Shown here: positions 26,560 through 40,865 of the stretch, piece by piece | Position numbering within the stretch: position 1 is the stretch's first letter | Layout of the letters: each line of letters starts with the position of its first letter | Origin: Octopus sinensis | Lineage: Eukaryota | DNA length: 64,000 bases | Direction: 5' to 3' | Assembly (NCBI RefSeq): GCF_006345805.1 | Contig: NC_043015.1 | Span: 5,022,001-5,086,000, forward strand | Translations under genes and position numbers: made by a program | Notes under the pieces: generated by a model | The model's input: the letters and a program-made list of their open reading frames with translations, nothing else | The model's database searches: none | What the model was told of the DNA's origin: nothing

Positions 26560-28700
26560 CCATCTCTTCATGCTAAAGCTAATTATTGTCTTATGTTGTC
26601 TGCTTTACTAAATGAAATGCTCACTTATCCATGAGTGGTGGATCATGTTATAGGCTTTTCTATAATCTATCCATGATATTGTTATATTTTTCTTTCTAGC
26701 CTGTCCTTCATTTAGAACTGCTTTGTCTATGTTTAATAGGTGATGTGTTCCTCTAGCCTCTCTCTTGCAACGTTTCTGTTATTCTGATAGTAAATTCTGT
26801 TTGTCAAGATATTCATAAATCCTTTCAGAAGGCATTCCTCTTAGCGGCCTCCACATAAATCGTGAGCAAGTGATTGGTCTATGGTTGTTAGCTGTATTAC
26901 GCTTGCTCTTATCTTTCATTATGAGTATTGTCCTACTTCTGGTCATCTAATCTAGTATTATTCCTCCATTAAGGCAACCCTGAGTTTCTTCCCTCAACCT
27001 CCCATGTAAACTACTAAATTTCTTTAGTCAATACCCTTCAAATAAATCTGGCCCTGGGGGTTTCCAATTTGGCAGTTTTCCTACCACTTTACACATTAAT
27101 GCACTAGTTAGTCTTAGATCTGACTGCTCACTCACTATTTCTTCCCCCAGTTTCTTTGACCGTACAGCGTCTCCATTATGATTGAGTGTGTTATCCCAAA
27201 TATTACTCCGGATCTTTCTAGCTTCGTCTGTATTAGGTTTCTCGTCGTCAATACTTCTTTCTCCACTATTCATTTGGTTATAAAATCTCCTCTAGTCTGT
27301 CTCAAATAATCTAATCATTTGATATTGATCTATTCTTTTCTTATACTTCGAGATCTTGCCTGGTATGGTATGCTGCTTCAATTCTTCTACCATTGTCAGA
27401 AATCATTTCTCTTTGACTAAGTATCATTTCTCAAGGGAAGGTTTGCATCTTATGTTTCCTAACTTGTTCAGTTTCCAGGCTTCTTTCCTAGTTAGACCTT
27501 GTGTTAAAGCCTTCACTTTATTTCATGATCACCTTTTGAGCATTTGCTCTTTTTTAATATATCCCTATGAGATATCTAATTTTCTAGTAACTACTGACTC
27601 TCCTGCATATATTGATATATTAGCGTCTCCTATCTTTTTAGTATCTATCCTAAGATTCCTGGCTATTTCTAACAACCTCCGTCTGTTGTAGCCCTTTAAT
27701 ACTGGTAATCTTTTTCTTACTTCTGTACTGATTACTTCCTTGAACTCATCTAAAATCTTCTGATCCTCCTCACGTACATCACTTGAGTTACTGGTGCCAA
27801 TTGTCCCTTCCTGATTGACAGCGCTGCTATTATTTTTTTCCTTTAGATTCTTCTTTGGTTTCAGCTATATCTCTCATATTGTTGTTTGAGTTTCGAACTG
27901 CCTGATCTTTCTTTTCCAGTTTTTTTTGTTAACTCTGCTACCTTCAATTCTCTCATCAATATTCTCCTGATATCATTAGCTTGATCAACTAATTTCTACT
28001 CAGTCACTTTCAACGTTCCCTTTTCTAACCAAAGTGCTAACATCTGTTTTCTATAACCCTCCTTTTAGGTTTACGTTCTAAGTAGCACTACATCACTATC
28101 CTCTTTTCTTTGCTGGTCTACTTCCTCCTGTGTACTCTATTATCTGCTGATGGTGTATTAGGATAACAGCTCTGATCAGACTGCAACATTACTAAACCAC
28201 TGCCGAATAAGAGGAATTTTTTGAAAGGACCGGCTTACCACCAGATATTCCTCGGGGACTCCTGTCTCTCATAAACTGATGTAAGGTAACTTTCGATACC
28301 AAACGTCATCAGCACTATTATTTTTCGTCAACTTATAGTCTTAAACAACGTTTGTTTGCATCCTTTGCTGCACTATTGTGCTGGTGGGGTGGGGTGTGCA
28401 GCATAAGTTTGATATTTTATTGTATCAGTATATTTAGTTTTGAGGTTTGGTTTCAGTCCCCTGTTGTATTAGTTTTTGCATTATGTTTTGTTTTTGCAGC
28501 GCAGTTTGTGCCTTCTGTTACGTATCGGTCTTCTATGGCACATATAGTTATTATAGTAGGACATGCGGGGTATGAGTTTATTCCTGTATGTTTTTGTAGG
28601 AGTGGTGGCAGGTAGTGTGTCTGGATCACAATCAAATATTTCATAGTATTTACCGTTATCTGTCGACCGTTCTTTCTCTTTTGATCTGTTTTGTTATGGA
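26560..28700 (-). mobile_element. R4/Dong-like non-LTR retrotransposon remnant
   Basis: PNTDEARKIRSNIWDNTLNHNGDA...KLPNWKPPGPDLFEGY resembles the pre-RT NWKAPGPDG motif of R4/Dong-type elements; many stops. Confidence 0.65.
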
Positions 28701-28992
28701 TTCATTTTTAAAATGTTTACTTTTTAACTGAACACCATTCATGGTCATGTGTTAATATTTCTTTCGGAGTTACAATTATTATTGATATATTAGCGAAAGA
28801 CTGAGAAAAAGCATCAATGCGCATATATATATATAAAGAGAGGTCTTGTATAAATATGGATAAATATGTAATTGAAATTAAAAATTTAAAACTGTACTCA
28901 CAGGTTTGCAGTTTGGAAATATTGCCGTGTTTACATTTTTACACTCATGTTGCTATGGCTGTGCATCTTGGGGAAGCTATCTCTTGTACACA

Positions 28993-29104
<112 letters not shown>

Positions 29105-29271
29105 ATTATATATATATATATGTACACACTTTATGTAAGAAAAATATTTAAGTTTCCTGAGATTGCTTACATTATAACATAGTTTTCTTTAATTTTTTTC
29201 GGATACTTAATTTCTGCTTCGTGGTGGTACCAGATTTGCGCTATCCTCCCAGCAGCTCGCTGTAACACGTC

Positions 29272-29276
<5 letters not shown>

Positions 29277-29354
<78 letters not shown>

Positions 29355-29372
29355 TATTATTATTATTATTAT
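29277..29372. repeat. (TTA)n microsatellite
   Basis: Directly visible. Confidence 0.95.
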
Positions 29373-29699
29373 TGTGGTTGTTGTTGTTATTGTTATCATC
29401 ATCATCTTTATTATTATTATTATTATTATAATTGCACTAAAAGACCACTAAGAGACTTGCGAAAAACTCTTACTATAGTTTTCCTAACGCAAATGTTTAC
29501 TTATTTCGCCATCTATTATAGAAGGTGTTGTATATACAGTCGATGCAATCAAGATTTCGGTAAGAACTCGTATTTTGAAAGAGTATTTTGAAAGAGACAG
29601 ACAGTAGCTAAAAGGAGATAATTACTGCCCATAAAATATAATCATATTTTTACGAGTATCAGAAATTTTATTACCCAATGTGTTAGTATATGTCTGATA

Positions 29700-30350
29700 G
29701 TTTATCTTTACTTCTTGCTATGATCCATTTTCTAAAATACGGACAACAAGAAAAACTCTCTCTCCTAATATTTATGCAGACCCTGAAGTTTCATATGTTT
29801 TTTTAATTTTTCCAATGATATATTTTTACATGTGACCATGCGTAATATATTTAGTTCCGTTAATATGAGATTCTGCTTTAGAAATGATCTATTTCATATT
29901 GTAGTTGATGTTCTTCTCCTTGAGTTTCCAGATTAATATCGGGACGGTCGTTGCGTGTATCCCCTTGACGTTCCTAAAACAAGAAAGTTGATCATTGTAC
30001 CTGGATTTAACTGGGATTTTTGAAATACTTGAAACAGCTTTCAGCTGAGAGCGTTTTGGACTCCATGATCATTGCAAGTTCCATGGCTGTTAAAATTATC
30101 TTTGCGACAAGAATTTGTTTCACTGGGTGCTCCATATGTTAGTACGGACACAATTGTGATTTCAGTTAGTCGGTATTTTTCAATGAGGAATATGTAAAGC
30201 GCTATAAGTTTGTAAACTATCATATTGTGTTTCATTAAATAGAAATTTGAGTGACTAGAATGGTTCTCGGGTGAGAAAATTAAATCGTGTGGGCAAAAAG
30301 GCTTATATACCCAGCTACTGCTTGTGTTCTCTCTCTCCATACTTAGTGCG
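29700..30350 (-). mobile_element. Possible old Tc1/mariner-superfamily remnant
   Basis: Weak resemblance to an HTH region and an FSDEAHFHING-like segment; highly decayed. Confidence 0.3.
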
Positions 30351-30799
30351 GAGTATCCAGTTTGTCGCAGGTCTATAAGTTCAAGCTAGTTAAAACAGTG
30401 TAAATCTATTGACAAAATAATAATTCCACTTTTCTGCAGATTGACATTAAATGCTTCGTCAAGATATGCAGTTTCTCATGAAGTGATAGACAACAATTAC
30501 TGAATCGTGGTGAATAAAGGGCGGTACGCTTCACAATATTCCTTGTCACGCAGGAAACATCATTCTTATTGCTCCAGAACCTCTACGTGTAAAGTTATTA
30601 GCACTGATTTCCTCTGTAGTTACACAGTACGTAGTCATATGTTCGAAGAATGGCTCAATGAACAACTGCCAACTGGAAGGTTTGTAGCATTTCAGTAATA
30701 ACGTATTTGAGTATCTAGTGACAATTTTCTTTATTGCCTGTTATTGCCTTTATTATGACTTGCATTGTGGGAAGCCATATTTTATACATATGTGTAGCT

Positions 30800-32000
30800 A
30801 TGATATGTTTTCGTTTGTTATATGATATATAGGTTTCTAATATGGTATACACGTTTTCTTTTATGTTATATAAGATTTCTTAAGTCTTCCCTACTTAGCA
30901 GCTGGAATCTCGCATGTACAATAATGGAACGAACTTCCTTGAATAAGTAATTACATCGGAATACAGTTCTCTTTATAGCTTTATTCTGTTTTGAGGTAGG
31001 GGTATGGAACCTTGTATATTATTATTAAAGTTACAAATCGTTTGTCCTCTAACTTTGTCGATAGCGACGGCAAAGTGGTATGGTTGAAATATCCATGAAT
31101 TGAGCTGTATACAGGTAGGTGTAGCGTTGCAGTTATTCGTCTTGGTGTCTAGGGTTCCATCCAGGACGACAACATTCCTATATTTGAGGTAACTTCACAT
31201 AAGCTGAATTTTTCGATCAGCAACCCCAGGGATACATCCAATAGTAGATCGCCTTTCATATTTTAAGCAATTGGAAGATACATGAAAGAGAAGTGACTTC
31301 CTAGTGATAATTATTATTTTGATATTTATGTCGCTGATTATGGTAAATTATCTAACATTCTTAGGCACTCAGATGTCGGGATTTCGATATTAAAGTGTAA
31401 ACGTCTATGTTATCAAGCTGGGTGGATTTCTAGAAAACCGTTTTCGATATAAGCAGCCTACTTGTCAAATTTTCACTGCTATTCTGATAAGTCATCACAG
31501 GATCCTTTCTGATGAAATTGTTGATGCCACCGAGAAATCACTATAGCTATTTCTCGGTTATGGAAATCACAATAACTACTTCTCGATTAGGAGTAAAAAT
31601 TAAATTTTGGCTTGTAGTCCTTAAATCTAGGAAGGAGGGACCCATCACGAATTGATATTTTCGATCTCTATGTTTAAGATATTGGTTAGGTACCTACCTC
31701 ATGGTTAGGTTGCCTGCATTTATAACGCGCTTTTGTGCTCTTTGTTTGTTTCCCATATGTTTTGCTTTGTCGGCAAGAATGTGTATTTCAAATTACTATT
31801 TGAATTGGTTCGTGTAACTGTTTAGAAAGTTTACGAAGAAGCTGTCATGATGGCGCTAACCTAAGATTTCCAAAAGGTTTATGAAATCTCTTTCCAAAGT
31901 CTAAATAAAACATATCTCGAGAGAAAGGTGCTGTAAACTTACTGACTGGCATTTCTGAAGATCCCGCTTCTCTAGCGCTGTAGTCGATAGCGACTCTACC
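30800..32000 (-). mobile_element. Ancient Penelope-like RT remnant
   Basis: With frameshifts reads EIHILADK (cf. II.PADK), LPRFK, IDVYTL../IPTSECLRML (cf. DV.SLYTNIP..E.L) and a PTYA..FM-like segment. Confidence 0.5.
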
Positions 32001-33159
32001 ATACGATCAGATAACATCAAGTGACGCTATAAAGAAAACATTGCTATCGAATTTAAAGAGGAATTGATGCAAGACACGCATTCTACTTCAGGTGAGGTGA
32101 AAAGGACATTCTAATTCCAACAATCATCTAATTTGCAAGTTCCGTTACCATAGTTATAACTTGCTCAACATCCCAGAGATCATCAGTGTAAGTAGATATG
32201 TGTTATTATATACAAATTCCGAATCAGTTCTGGTGGTATGCGTAAATTTGTGTTTGTTTTAGGTTTCCCTGCTCAATGATTCTACCGATCTTAACATTCC
32301 TTCTGTAGTTTGTGGCAATTCTCATGATGTTGTTCCTAAAAGAAATCACGTGATTATAAACATTTTTTCTTGAATTCACCTTCCTACTTACTTATTTATC
32401 TTTGCATAGAAAATTGTGTTAGCAGTCACAAAAGCCCTATATATTACGGATTTATCATCAAATACATCGCTTATGCTCAACATCCAACAAAGCCGCAGTT
32501 GAAATTTGTAATGATTGGCTGCTCATATTCTGACTGCAGCTATAGCTGGTATTCGCAGTATGTATATAGAAGAGGGAAACTATTAATATACAATTATTCT
32601 CACCTTTGTCTTAACTTTCAGAACAAAAGTTAACTACGAAGCGAAACATACTATTTTTTTAAATCTACCCTAAGGAGTTTGTTTATTGCAGGTAAACTTT
32701 ATATGTTAATCCACTATTCCCACTAATTTCTAGGGCTTTGTTGTTGAACAGAATTCACAGATTTATAAAGAAGACAGGAAACTAAAAGTCCATACACCAG
32801 CGTTTTATGTGATTTAAAAAAAAATACTTTAAGGTGTAATGATTATGAGTTTTATATTTATTTTCATAATTATTTTTTATAATGGGTGTATAAAACTTTG
32901 GAAAAGTTTTGCAGTACAAATCAAGCGAAGCATTTAATAAGTCAAATTTAGTTCATTGTTACACACAAGATTTATATTACTATAGTAAACGTCATTATGT
33001 TACTATTACTATGAACACACTCCAAGAGGTATATGTGTGTGTGTATAGATATATATATATATATATATATACGTATGTATATATGGAAGAATGCATTTAT
33101 GCATGTATCTGAGTGCATATATATACGTATACACAGAAAGAAAGAAGAACATACAGGTA

Positions 33160-33173
33160 GATAGATAGATAGT

Positions 33174-33262
<89 letters not shown>
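33160..33262. repeat. (GATA)n microsatellite
   Basis: Directly visible; further (CATA)n at 33648-33722 and (GGAT)n at 22795-22838. Confidence 0.95.
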
Positions 33263-33264
<2 letters not shown>

Positions 33265-34649
33265 AGGGACAGGCACACCGAGAGGAAGATAGATAGATTG
33301 ACATGTAGACAGATAATAGATTGGCACATTCATATATATTTGTGAGTATGTATGTTCATTTAACAAGATTGAATGCAATATCTACGATGTGACTGAATGA
33401 AATAAGACCTATATATGCAACTCCATATGTGGCTTCCTTCGTTTTATATTCATCACAGATTATCAGTTATTTTTCACCTATATTTCAATAACTCCGCCTA
33501 TGAGCTGCTGAGAAGTTTTTCTCAGATAAAAATAAAATATGTTAAGTAATCTATGTGTGTGAGAAATGTGGAGAAAAACAGGGAAACACTTGATAATGTA
33601 CGTATATTAAGTGTTCAACATTACGGTTGACCTCGTATTCTATGCAGCATACATACATACATACATACATAACATACATACATACATACATACATACATA
33701 CATACATACATACATACATACATGCACACGTGCGTGCGTGTGTGTGTGTGTGTTTACATATATGACATTGTAAAGAATGCTTGTATTTTAAATCAAAAGG
33801 AAAACTAATATACATGGATATCGTGCAGTTCATGCATTTCCCAATCTCACTGGAACAGTCAAATAAATGAAGTATTGTTACGAGAGACTGTTTGCTAATA
33901 TTGATTTATCAAATTGCCAAAAGGCTAAGAACTGTAGTGGAGCAGTATAGAGTTTTATATCGATTCTATCGTAGACCAGCGTCTATTTTAAAAGACTCCC
34001 AAGAGAGATGATAGGCAAAGTCGATCGCAGTGGGATTATAGACGAGTAAGAAAAATACTCGCGAGTAAATAACACAATCCATTTTCCTGGAGGATCTTTA
34101 ATGTTTGACACTCTAGAACAGCCATGAGTTTCATTTATCGAAAAACACATAAAAGTGACATTAAATGTGCAACAACGAAAGAGAGAAAAAAAATCACGAC
34201 GGTGATACTTCTGTGTGTGTACGTTATTCACGTTGATTGCAAAAACCGATATTTAGGACAATGGCTGCTGCTTGATATTGGTTAGGAAGAAATACACAGA
34301 AATACACTATTAAAATGAATGAGAAAGGAAAAATAAAACGGGAAAGGTACACATTTTATAACGCAGGAAAAAGAGGTCTTACAATATGATTAACTGATAT
34401 CTGGACCTGTAACAAAAATAGAATTTATATTCAATGATACATACTGGGGTGCACACAAACAAACACACTCACATATAAAGTGTTTGTGACATAAATTGAG
34501 AGAACATGCACATATGTATACATGTGCATACGTGCAGACAAACATGCTTGTATGTTATATATAAGTGTATATACATATTTATATTTATATATATGTATAT
34601 AATAAATATATATATACATGTATATACACGTATACATATATAGTGTATC

Positions 34650-34682
<33 letters not shown>

Positions 34683-34902
34683 TTACATATACGTATATAG
34701 TGTATCTATATATCTATATATATATATGTATATATGTATGTATATATGTATGTTTATACATATATGTATAAGTTAAACTATCAGTGCCTTTTTAAGTACA
34801 CTTCACAATATATTAACAGTATTAAGAAGCGCTCATTTCGAGGTATATCGAAATATAAGGGATATTATAGAAGGAAAACATCTAGGCAAATACTACAAAT
34901 TA

Positions 34903-35663
34903 CAAAGTATAATTTGAAACAAACAACGAAATAAATTTTCTCATAAATTTATAAATAAGTGAACGAAATTACATGTAAAAGTTATGTGTCAAAATTATGC
35001 ATGACGTGCGTTGGTTTCAGGTACCAAATGGAGGAGTGACAAATAAAGAGATAAACATTCAATGTAAAGGCTTCCAGAAGGAACTGTCCGAATCGATTAA
35101 GAGATTGATGTTTCTACGATATGTTAAATGAGCGTTCAAAATTTAAAAAATTAGGGGTAAGTAGATAAATGAGTAGATAAAATAAACATATACAGATTTG
35201 GAGAATTTTGAATAAAGCATAAGAACTACGGCTATTTCCGGGGTAGAATGTATAAATTCCAAATACAGAAATATAATGCCCCCCTCATCAGGATGGTTTC
35301 TGCATTTTGAATACTTATAACACCCTTTATAAATTTATGGCACGCCTGAAACGGCCGTAGATGATGTCCTTTACCCTAATTAACCCGAATCTGTATATAT
35401 TAATTTTATCTAACTATTAACCCCTGAATTTTTAAATTTTGAACTTTCATCCAACATATCGTATTCTTAATCGATTTGGACAGTTCTTTCTGGAAGCCCT
35501 TACCTCGAATTTTTATCTCTTTCTTTGTCACTCCTCCATTCTATATCTGAACCCAACGTACATAACGTATACTTCTCTCATATGACTTTATATGTAATTT
35601 CGTTCACTTCTTTATAAATTCATATGTAAATTTATTTCACTGTGTGTTTTAAATTATACTTTG
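34903..35663. repeat. Imperfect foldback (~330-bp inverted arms) with hammerhead remnants
   Basis: Blocks pair across the centre, e.g. ggcttccagaaggaactgtccgaatcgattaaga / tcttaatcgatttggacagttctttctggaagcc; atggaggagtgaca / tgtcactcctccat; caaagtataattt / aaattatactttg. Confidence 0.85.
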
Positions 35664-37912
35664 CAATCGAAATAAATACGATGCTATTGTATAGCTTCAC
35701 TGCGTATATACTAGCAAAGACGCGTATGTGCAACAAACATGAAAAAACATTGTCTTACCTCTAGGAAGAAAAGCTGATAAATGGACAACCTAGAATCGGA
35801 TAATGCAGGACCGGTTTCTAACTCCTCAAATACGTAAATTTATATATATATATATATGTTCAGAGTTCCAACTTAATTCTAAATTATATTATTTTCCTTA
35901 TTTTCAGGTAATTAATGTCTAATATCATGTTGACACAGTAAATGACAAGTCACGATTCAATCGTTGCCGTAACGGTGCCGCATAGAAATTAGGAGATATC
36001 TCGCTTCCTGAATGTTTCCCGATACTTCGCTGTCAATATTCGACGTCGTCATATGTCAAGCGCAAAACGCAAAACGCATGCACATACCATCCGAACAGAT
36101 ACCAAATGCCATTACAACGGATAACTTTGTACAAAGAGTCAATAAGAAAGTAACATATATAAACACCAGGAAAGTCATTCAGAAGCATTACAAAGAACTA
36201 CTACTTTTCAGAGAACTCCATTTTGAAAGCTTGTCAATCTCCGTGATCATGTACTCCCAAACACATGGTCTGCTACCACAGCAGACCTGAAGCCATTGAG
36301 CTTTAACGTATAGGATACAGTCGAGAGTGACGGAGAAAGAGAGACAGAGAAAGAGAGAGAACAACATTCCCAAAATACGCAACCACACACACACATATCT
36401 ATGTATATACACACATACACCCATCGGTGCGTGTCTACGTCTCCATTTGTCCCTCACCACCTATTGACATGAAGTGTTATTGAATAAATATCTCTGTAAC
36501 TTAGTGGTTCGGCAAAATGGAGCAACGGAATAGCTACCATGCTTTAAAAATGTATAAGTTGTGGGTTAATTCTTTGCTCTAAAATTATATAAGGAGCATG
36601 GCTGAAATCTAATGATTGAAACTCGTAAAAGACAAGAGGAAATACACACAAATAAACTTGAGTTAACAATTTCTTTAGCTCGCGTATATGTAAAAAAAAT
36701 ATCTTGACTATTTTTCCTTTTTACATGCTCCTTATAATTTACACCAGTTTCATTCTACTTCCAGTTGCCAAAATAAAAAGAAACAATTAAGCAGCGTAAT
36801 AATATCAAAATAAATTCTCTTCAACTGTGTTTCACAATAAAATCCGTAACGTTCATTTTGGTAGTAGCATGGTCTTTAATTATATGAAGGATAATGAGCA
36901 AAATTATATGATGGTGAGGGCTCGTGTTTAATGTCTTAAGAAAGGCGCTGAAGTAATTTGTTTTTAGCATTAAATTAAAAACTATTGAAGAACAGTAATG
37001 TATGGTGCCAAATTTTATTATATTGTAAGAGATTTTTAATTTGGATTATATTTTAGAATACGTTAGCATTATGCATGAATACTCCAAGAGCTATTTTTAT
37101 GATGTGGATAATAACATATTTGCAAGCATATTGGCAGAATAAACAGCTATACAAAAGTTCACCATTGCTTGAAATACGGATGAAAAAGTACAGATGATTT
37201 TTGAGAATGAACGAACGTGCAAAATTAGGTTTCAATACAGACTGATATATCCTATAATGTAAAATTGGATCTACAATTATTTCCATATGTGCTTTGTAAA
37301 GGGAACAGTGATTTTTTACGGCACAAATTAAAACCGCAGCCTTTGCACAGAATATCCAAGTTGTTACAGTGATTACAGAGTTTACTGATGTTCCCTTAAG
37401 CACAAATGCTCTTCTTTTACTTGGACATTTTCTTCTGGGGTCAAATTTCTATGTTATGTATAAACGTCGGGTTCCTTTACTCTAATAACTTTGATAGGGT
37501 GAAATATAGGCAGAACTATCGTCAAATAAATTGCAAAGAATTGTTAAACTTCTCACAGTTGTTATCTTGTTTTATTTATTCGTTCCTGAGTAGATAAGTT
37601 AAAGCATCTTTAAGTGCTGGTTTAGGTACAAATAAATATTTTATTATGTGTAAAAATATATATTTTATTAAGTTCTAACCAATTCCACAGGCAGCATAAC
37701 TATGTATTTTCTGTTATATAATATACACGGTACGATACTTTACATAAATCTACAAAATATTCAATATCTGGCATCCCTCGGTGTTTTTATGTTATTTTTT
37801 AACATCTAAATGATTCTCCATATACAATCGCTTTTGAGTAATCTCATTGATTCATTGTAAAGGGTTTATACACATCTGCTTTCGGAATGGACGATATGCT
37901 ATTAGTCAAGGA

Positions 37913-38313
37913 AAAGGCGGTGAGCTGGCAGAAACGCTAGCACGCCGGGCGAAATGCTTAGCGGTATTTCGCCTGCTGTTACGTTCTGAGTTCAAATTCC
38001 GCCGAGGTCGACTTTGCCTTTCATCCTTTCGGGGTCGATTAAATAAGTACCAGTTATGCACTGGTGTCGATGTAATCGACTTAACCCGTTTGTCTGTCCT
38101 TGTTTGTCCTCTCCGTGTTTAGCCCCTTGTGGGTAGTAAAGAAATAGGTATTTCGCCTGCCGTTACGTTGGGAGTTCAAATTCCGCCGAGGTCGACATTG
38201 AGGTCGATAAATTAAGTACCAGTTACGCACTGCGATCGATGTAATCGACTTAATCCGTTTGTCTGTCCTTGTTTGTCCCCTCTATATTTAGCCCCGTGTG
38301 GGTAGTAAAGAAA
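37913..38313 (+). mobile_element. Third SINE family, with tandemly duplicated body
   Basis: ggcggtgagctggcagaaacg head; ggtatttcgcctgc...gagttcaaattccgccgaggtcgac...gtagtaaagaaata occurs twice (37966 and 38147). Confidence 0.8.
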
Positions 38314-39786
38314 TATATACTATTATTCAAGGTATTACAGTTACAGATTAATGATTGAGAGTTATGTAATAAGAGAATAACCTTGCACATTGTTATTATT
38401 CCCACTAACGACCCTTCTCGCATAGTTAACAGAAAGGGAAACATTTTATTGCATGAGTTATTAACGTTCAATAAACTTCGGAAGGAAACACTATATGTGT
38501 GTTCCGAGAATTACTTAGGTAATAAATTGAGGAATTCCTACAAACGTCAATGTAAAAAGAAAATAGTCTAATTTGAACGAACAATAGAATTACAACACCA
38601 GGGATTTATAAAAAAACATTAAAGTATCCTTATTAAACGCTTTTCTTGACTAGTCTTGGGAATTGTTTCTGGTATCGATTTATGTACTGTTTTTGTAAAG
38701 TATGCATTTTCCATCACAGCTACTTCAAGACTAGCACCACATTGTTCACATTTTCTTTGGGGTGGAGGGCTGAAATAATTACCTACGAATGCGTAATAGT
38801 ATTTGAATACATATTTAAATATAGATATATTTCGAGGGGAGAGAAATATATTCAATTGAAACTTCAATGATTATCAGGCGTATATTCTACTGCTACAGAC
38901 TGGGGGAAAGTGGACCACAAAGATCTTTTAATATGCTCAGATGATATCCTACAAGCAATACGTCACACAGACATGCTTATTTTGTAAAACACCACGTAAC
39001 AAATGGTCATGTGGGAAATTACTGTGTACTGAGAGGAACACATGTAGGAAGCAAAACTAGAGGGAAATTTACCGAGAGATGGCAGAGCAGTGTAGAGGCC
39101 GGGGCTAGCAATCACATCCTGAAGGAAGAGAATTGGACTGTGGTTTTTTTCAAGAAGATCAATCTTGAAAGCTTTGAACATGCTTGAATCTACTGTCGAA
39201 AACGACGGCTATAGGCGCCATTTCTGAATTTGCAAAACAGGTCACTAAGTGACAATGGTGAAGCAGGGAAGACCAGTAGTCTGCTATTATTTGCATATAA
39301 GCTGGGACACGACCAACCCATCTTGGGCGAACTGGGCGGAGCAGGTCCGGCTTTTAGATAGTGGATAACCACTGAGAAGCAAAGACATCTCACGACGCAT
39401 TGTAGGGCATTCGTAGGATTTATAAAGTTATGTATTTGTACATGCATATGTAAGTATGCATATTGCTAGATAGATAGATAGATGATAGATATATGATAGA
39501 TAGATAGATTTGTTATTCTTTCTTAGTCCCATCTTTGCCCTCATATTTTATGTTTTGTTAAATATCTTTTTAATTTCAATATTTAACGATTTGCGTATGT
39601 TATAATCTATTCCCTTCGTGTCCGTCACTGCGACGTTACAAATCTGCTTTCCCATTCATCATAAGATTTGACAGTCTCTACCGTTTCCGTGCTTCAAGTT
39701 TTGATTTCATTTATATTAAGTTTGCATTTACCTATGAATGCCTGTCCATATGTACGTAACTAAGCATGTATGCATGTACATATATT

Positions 39787-39962
39787 CTTTTACTCGTTTC
39801 AGACGTTTCACTGCGGTCATGTTGGAGTACCACGTTTAGTCAAACAAATCGACTCCAGGACTTGTTCTTTGTAAGCCCGAACTCGGAACAATGAGGTTAG
39901 GAAGCAATCTTCTTATCACACAGCCTCTCCTACGCCTACATATGTATACATGTATGTATGGG

Positions 39963-40029
<67 letters not shown>

Positions 40030-40400
40030 TATTTTACATGTTTGAGTCATTTAACTGCGGCCATGCTATGCTGGATCACCGCCTTTAATTGAGCAACTCG
40101 ACCCCGGGACTTATTCTTTTGTACGCCCAGTACTTATTCTATCGGTCTCTTTTGCCGGACCGCTAAGTAACGGGGACATAAATACACCAGCATCGGTTGT
40201 CCAGCAATGTTAGGGGGACAAACACAGACACACAAACACACACACACACACACATATATATATTCTTATATACGACGGGCTTCTTTCAGTTTCCGTCAAC
40301 CAAATCCACTCACAAGGCTTTGGTCGGCCCGAGGCTATAGTAGAATACACTTGCCCAATGTGCCACGCAGTGGGACTGAACCCGGAACCATGTGGCTGGT
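39787..40400 (-). mobile_element. Two SINE pieces separated by (TA)n
   Basis: Homologous to 46750-47158. Confidence 0.8.
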
Positions 40401-40422
40401 AAACAAGCTACTTACCACACAA

Positions 40423-40468
<46 letters not shown>

Positions 40469-40865
40469 TTTACCAATAATTAAGCTTAAATCATACACAC
40501 ACATGTGTGTGTGCGTTTGTGTGTGCGCATGTTTTTTTTGTGTGTTTCTGAATGTCTATCTATTTATATGTATAATACTTTGTTTTAGGTAAGATTAATT
40601 GAATCTGCGTTTTAATTCATGCATTTCATTGTTTTAAATTTATGTAGAAAATATTCAATTTCGTCCTAACGAGATAATCGGATACGAGATAATCATTATA
40701 ATGACATATTAAGTATTTTTCTTCCTGACCAAAATTATCTCCATACATTTGCACATCAACTAACGTGTTATGTAGACATACAACGTTGTATACATACAAC
40801 GTTGTATACATACATTTATGTACTTTCTATCTATTTCCACGCTTACAAGCGCATACACTCACATA

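Noticed and set aside
37053-37403. 116-aa hydrophobic ORF
   Set aside because: No ATG start (the track's M is GTG), no recognisable motif, no splice support; cannot be assigned.
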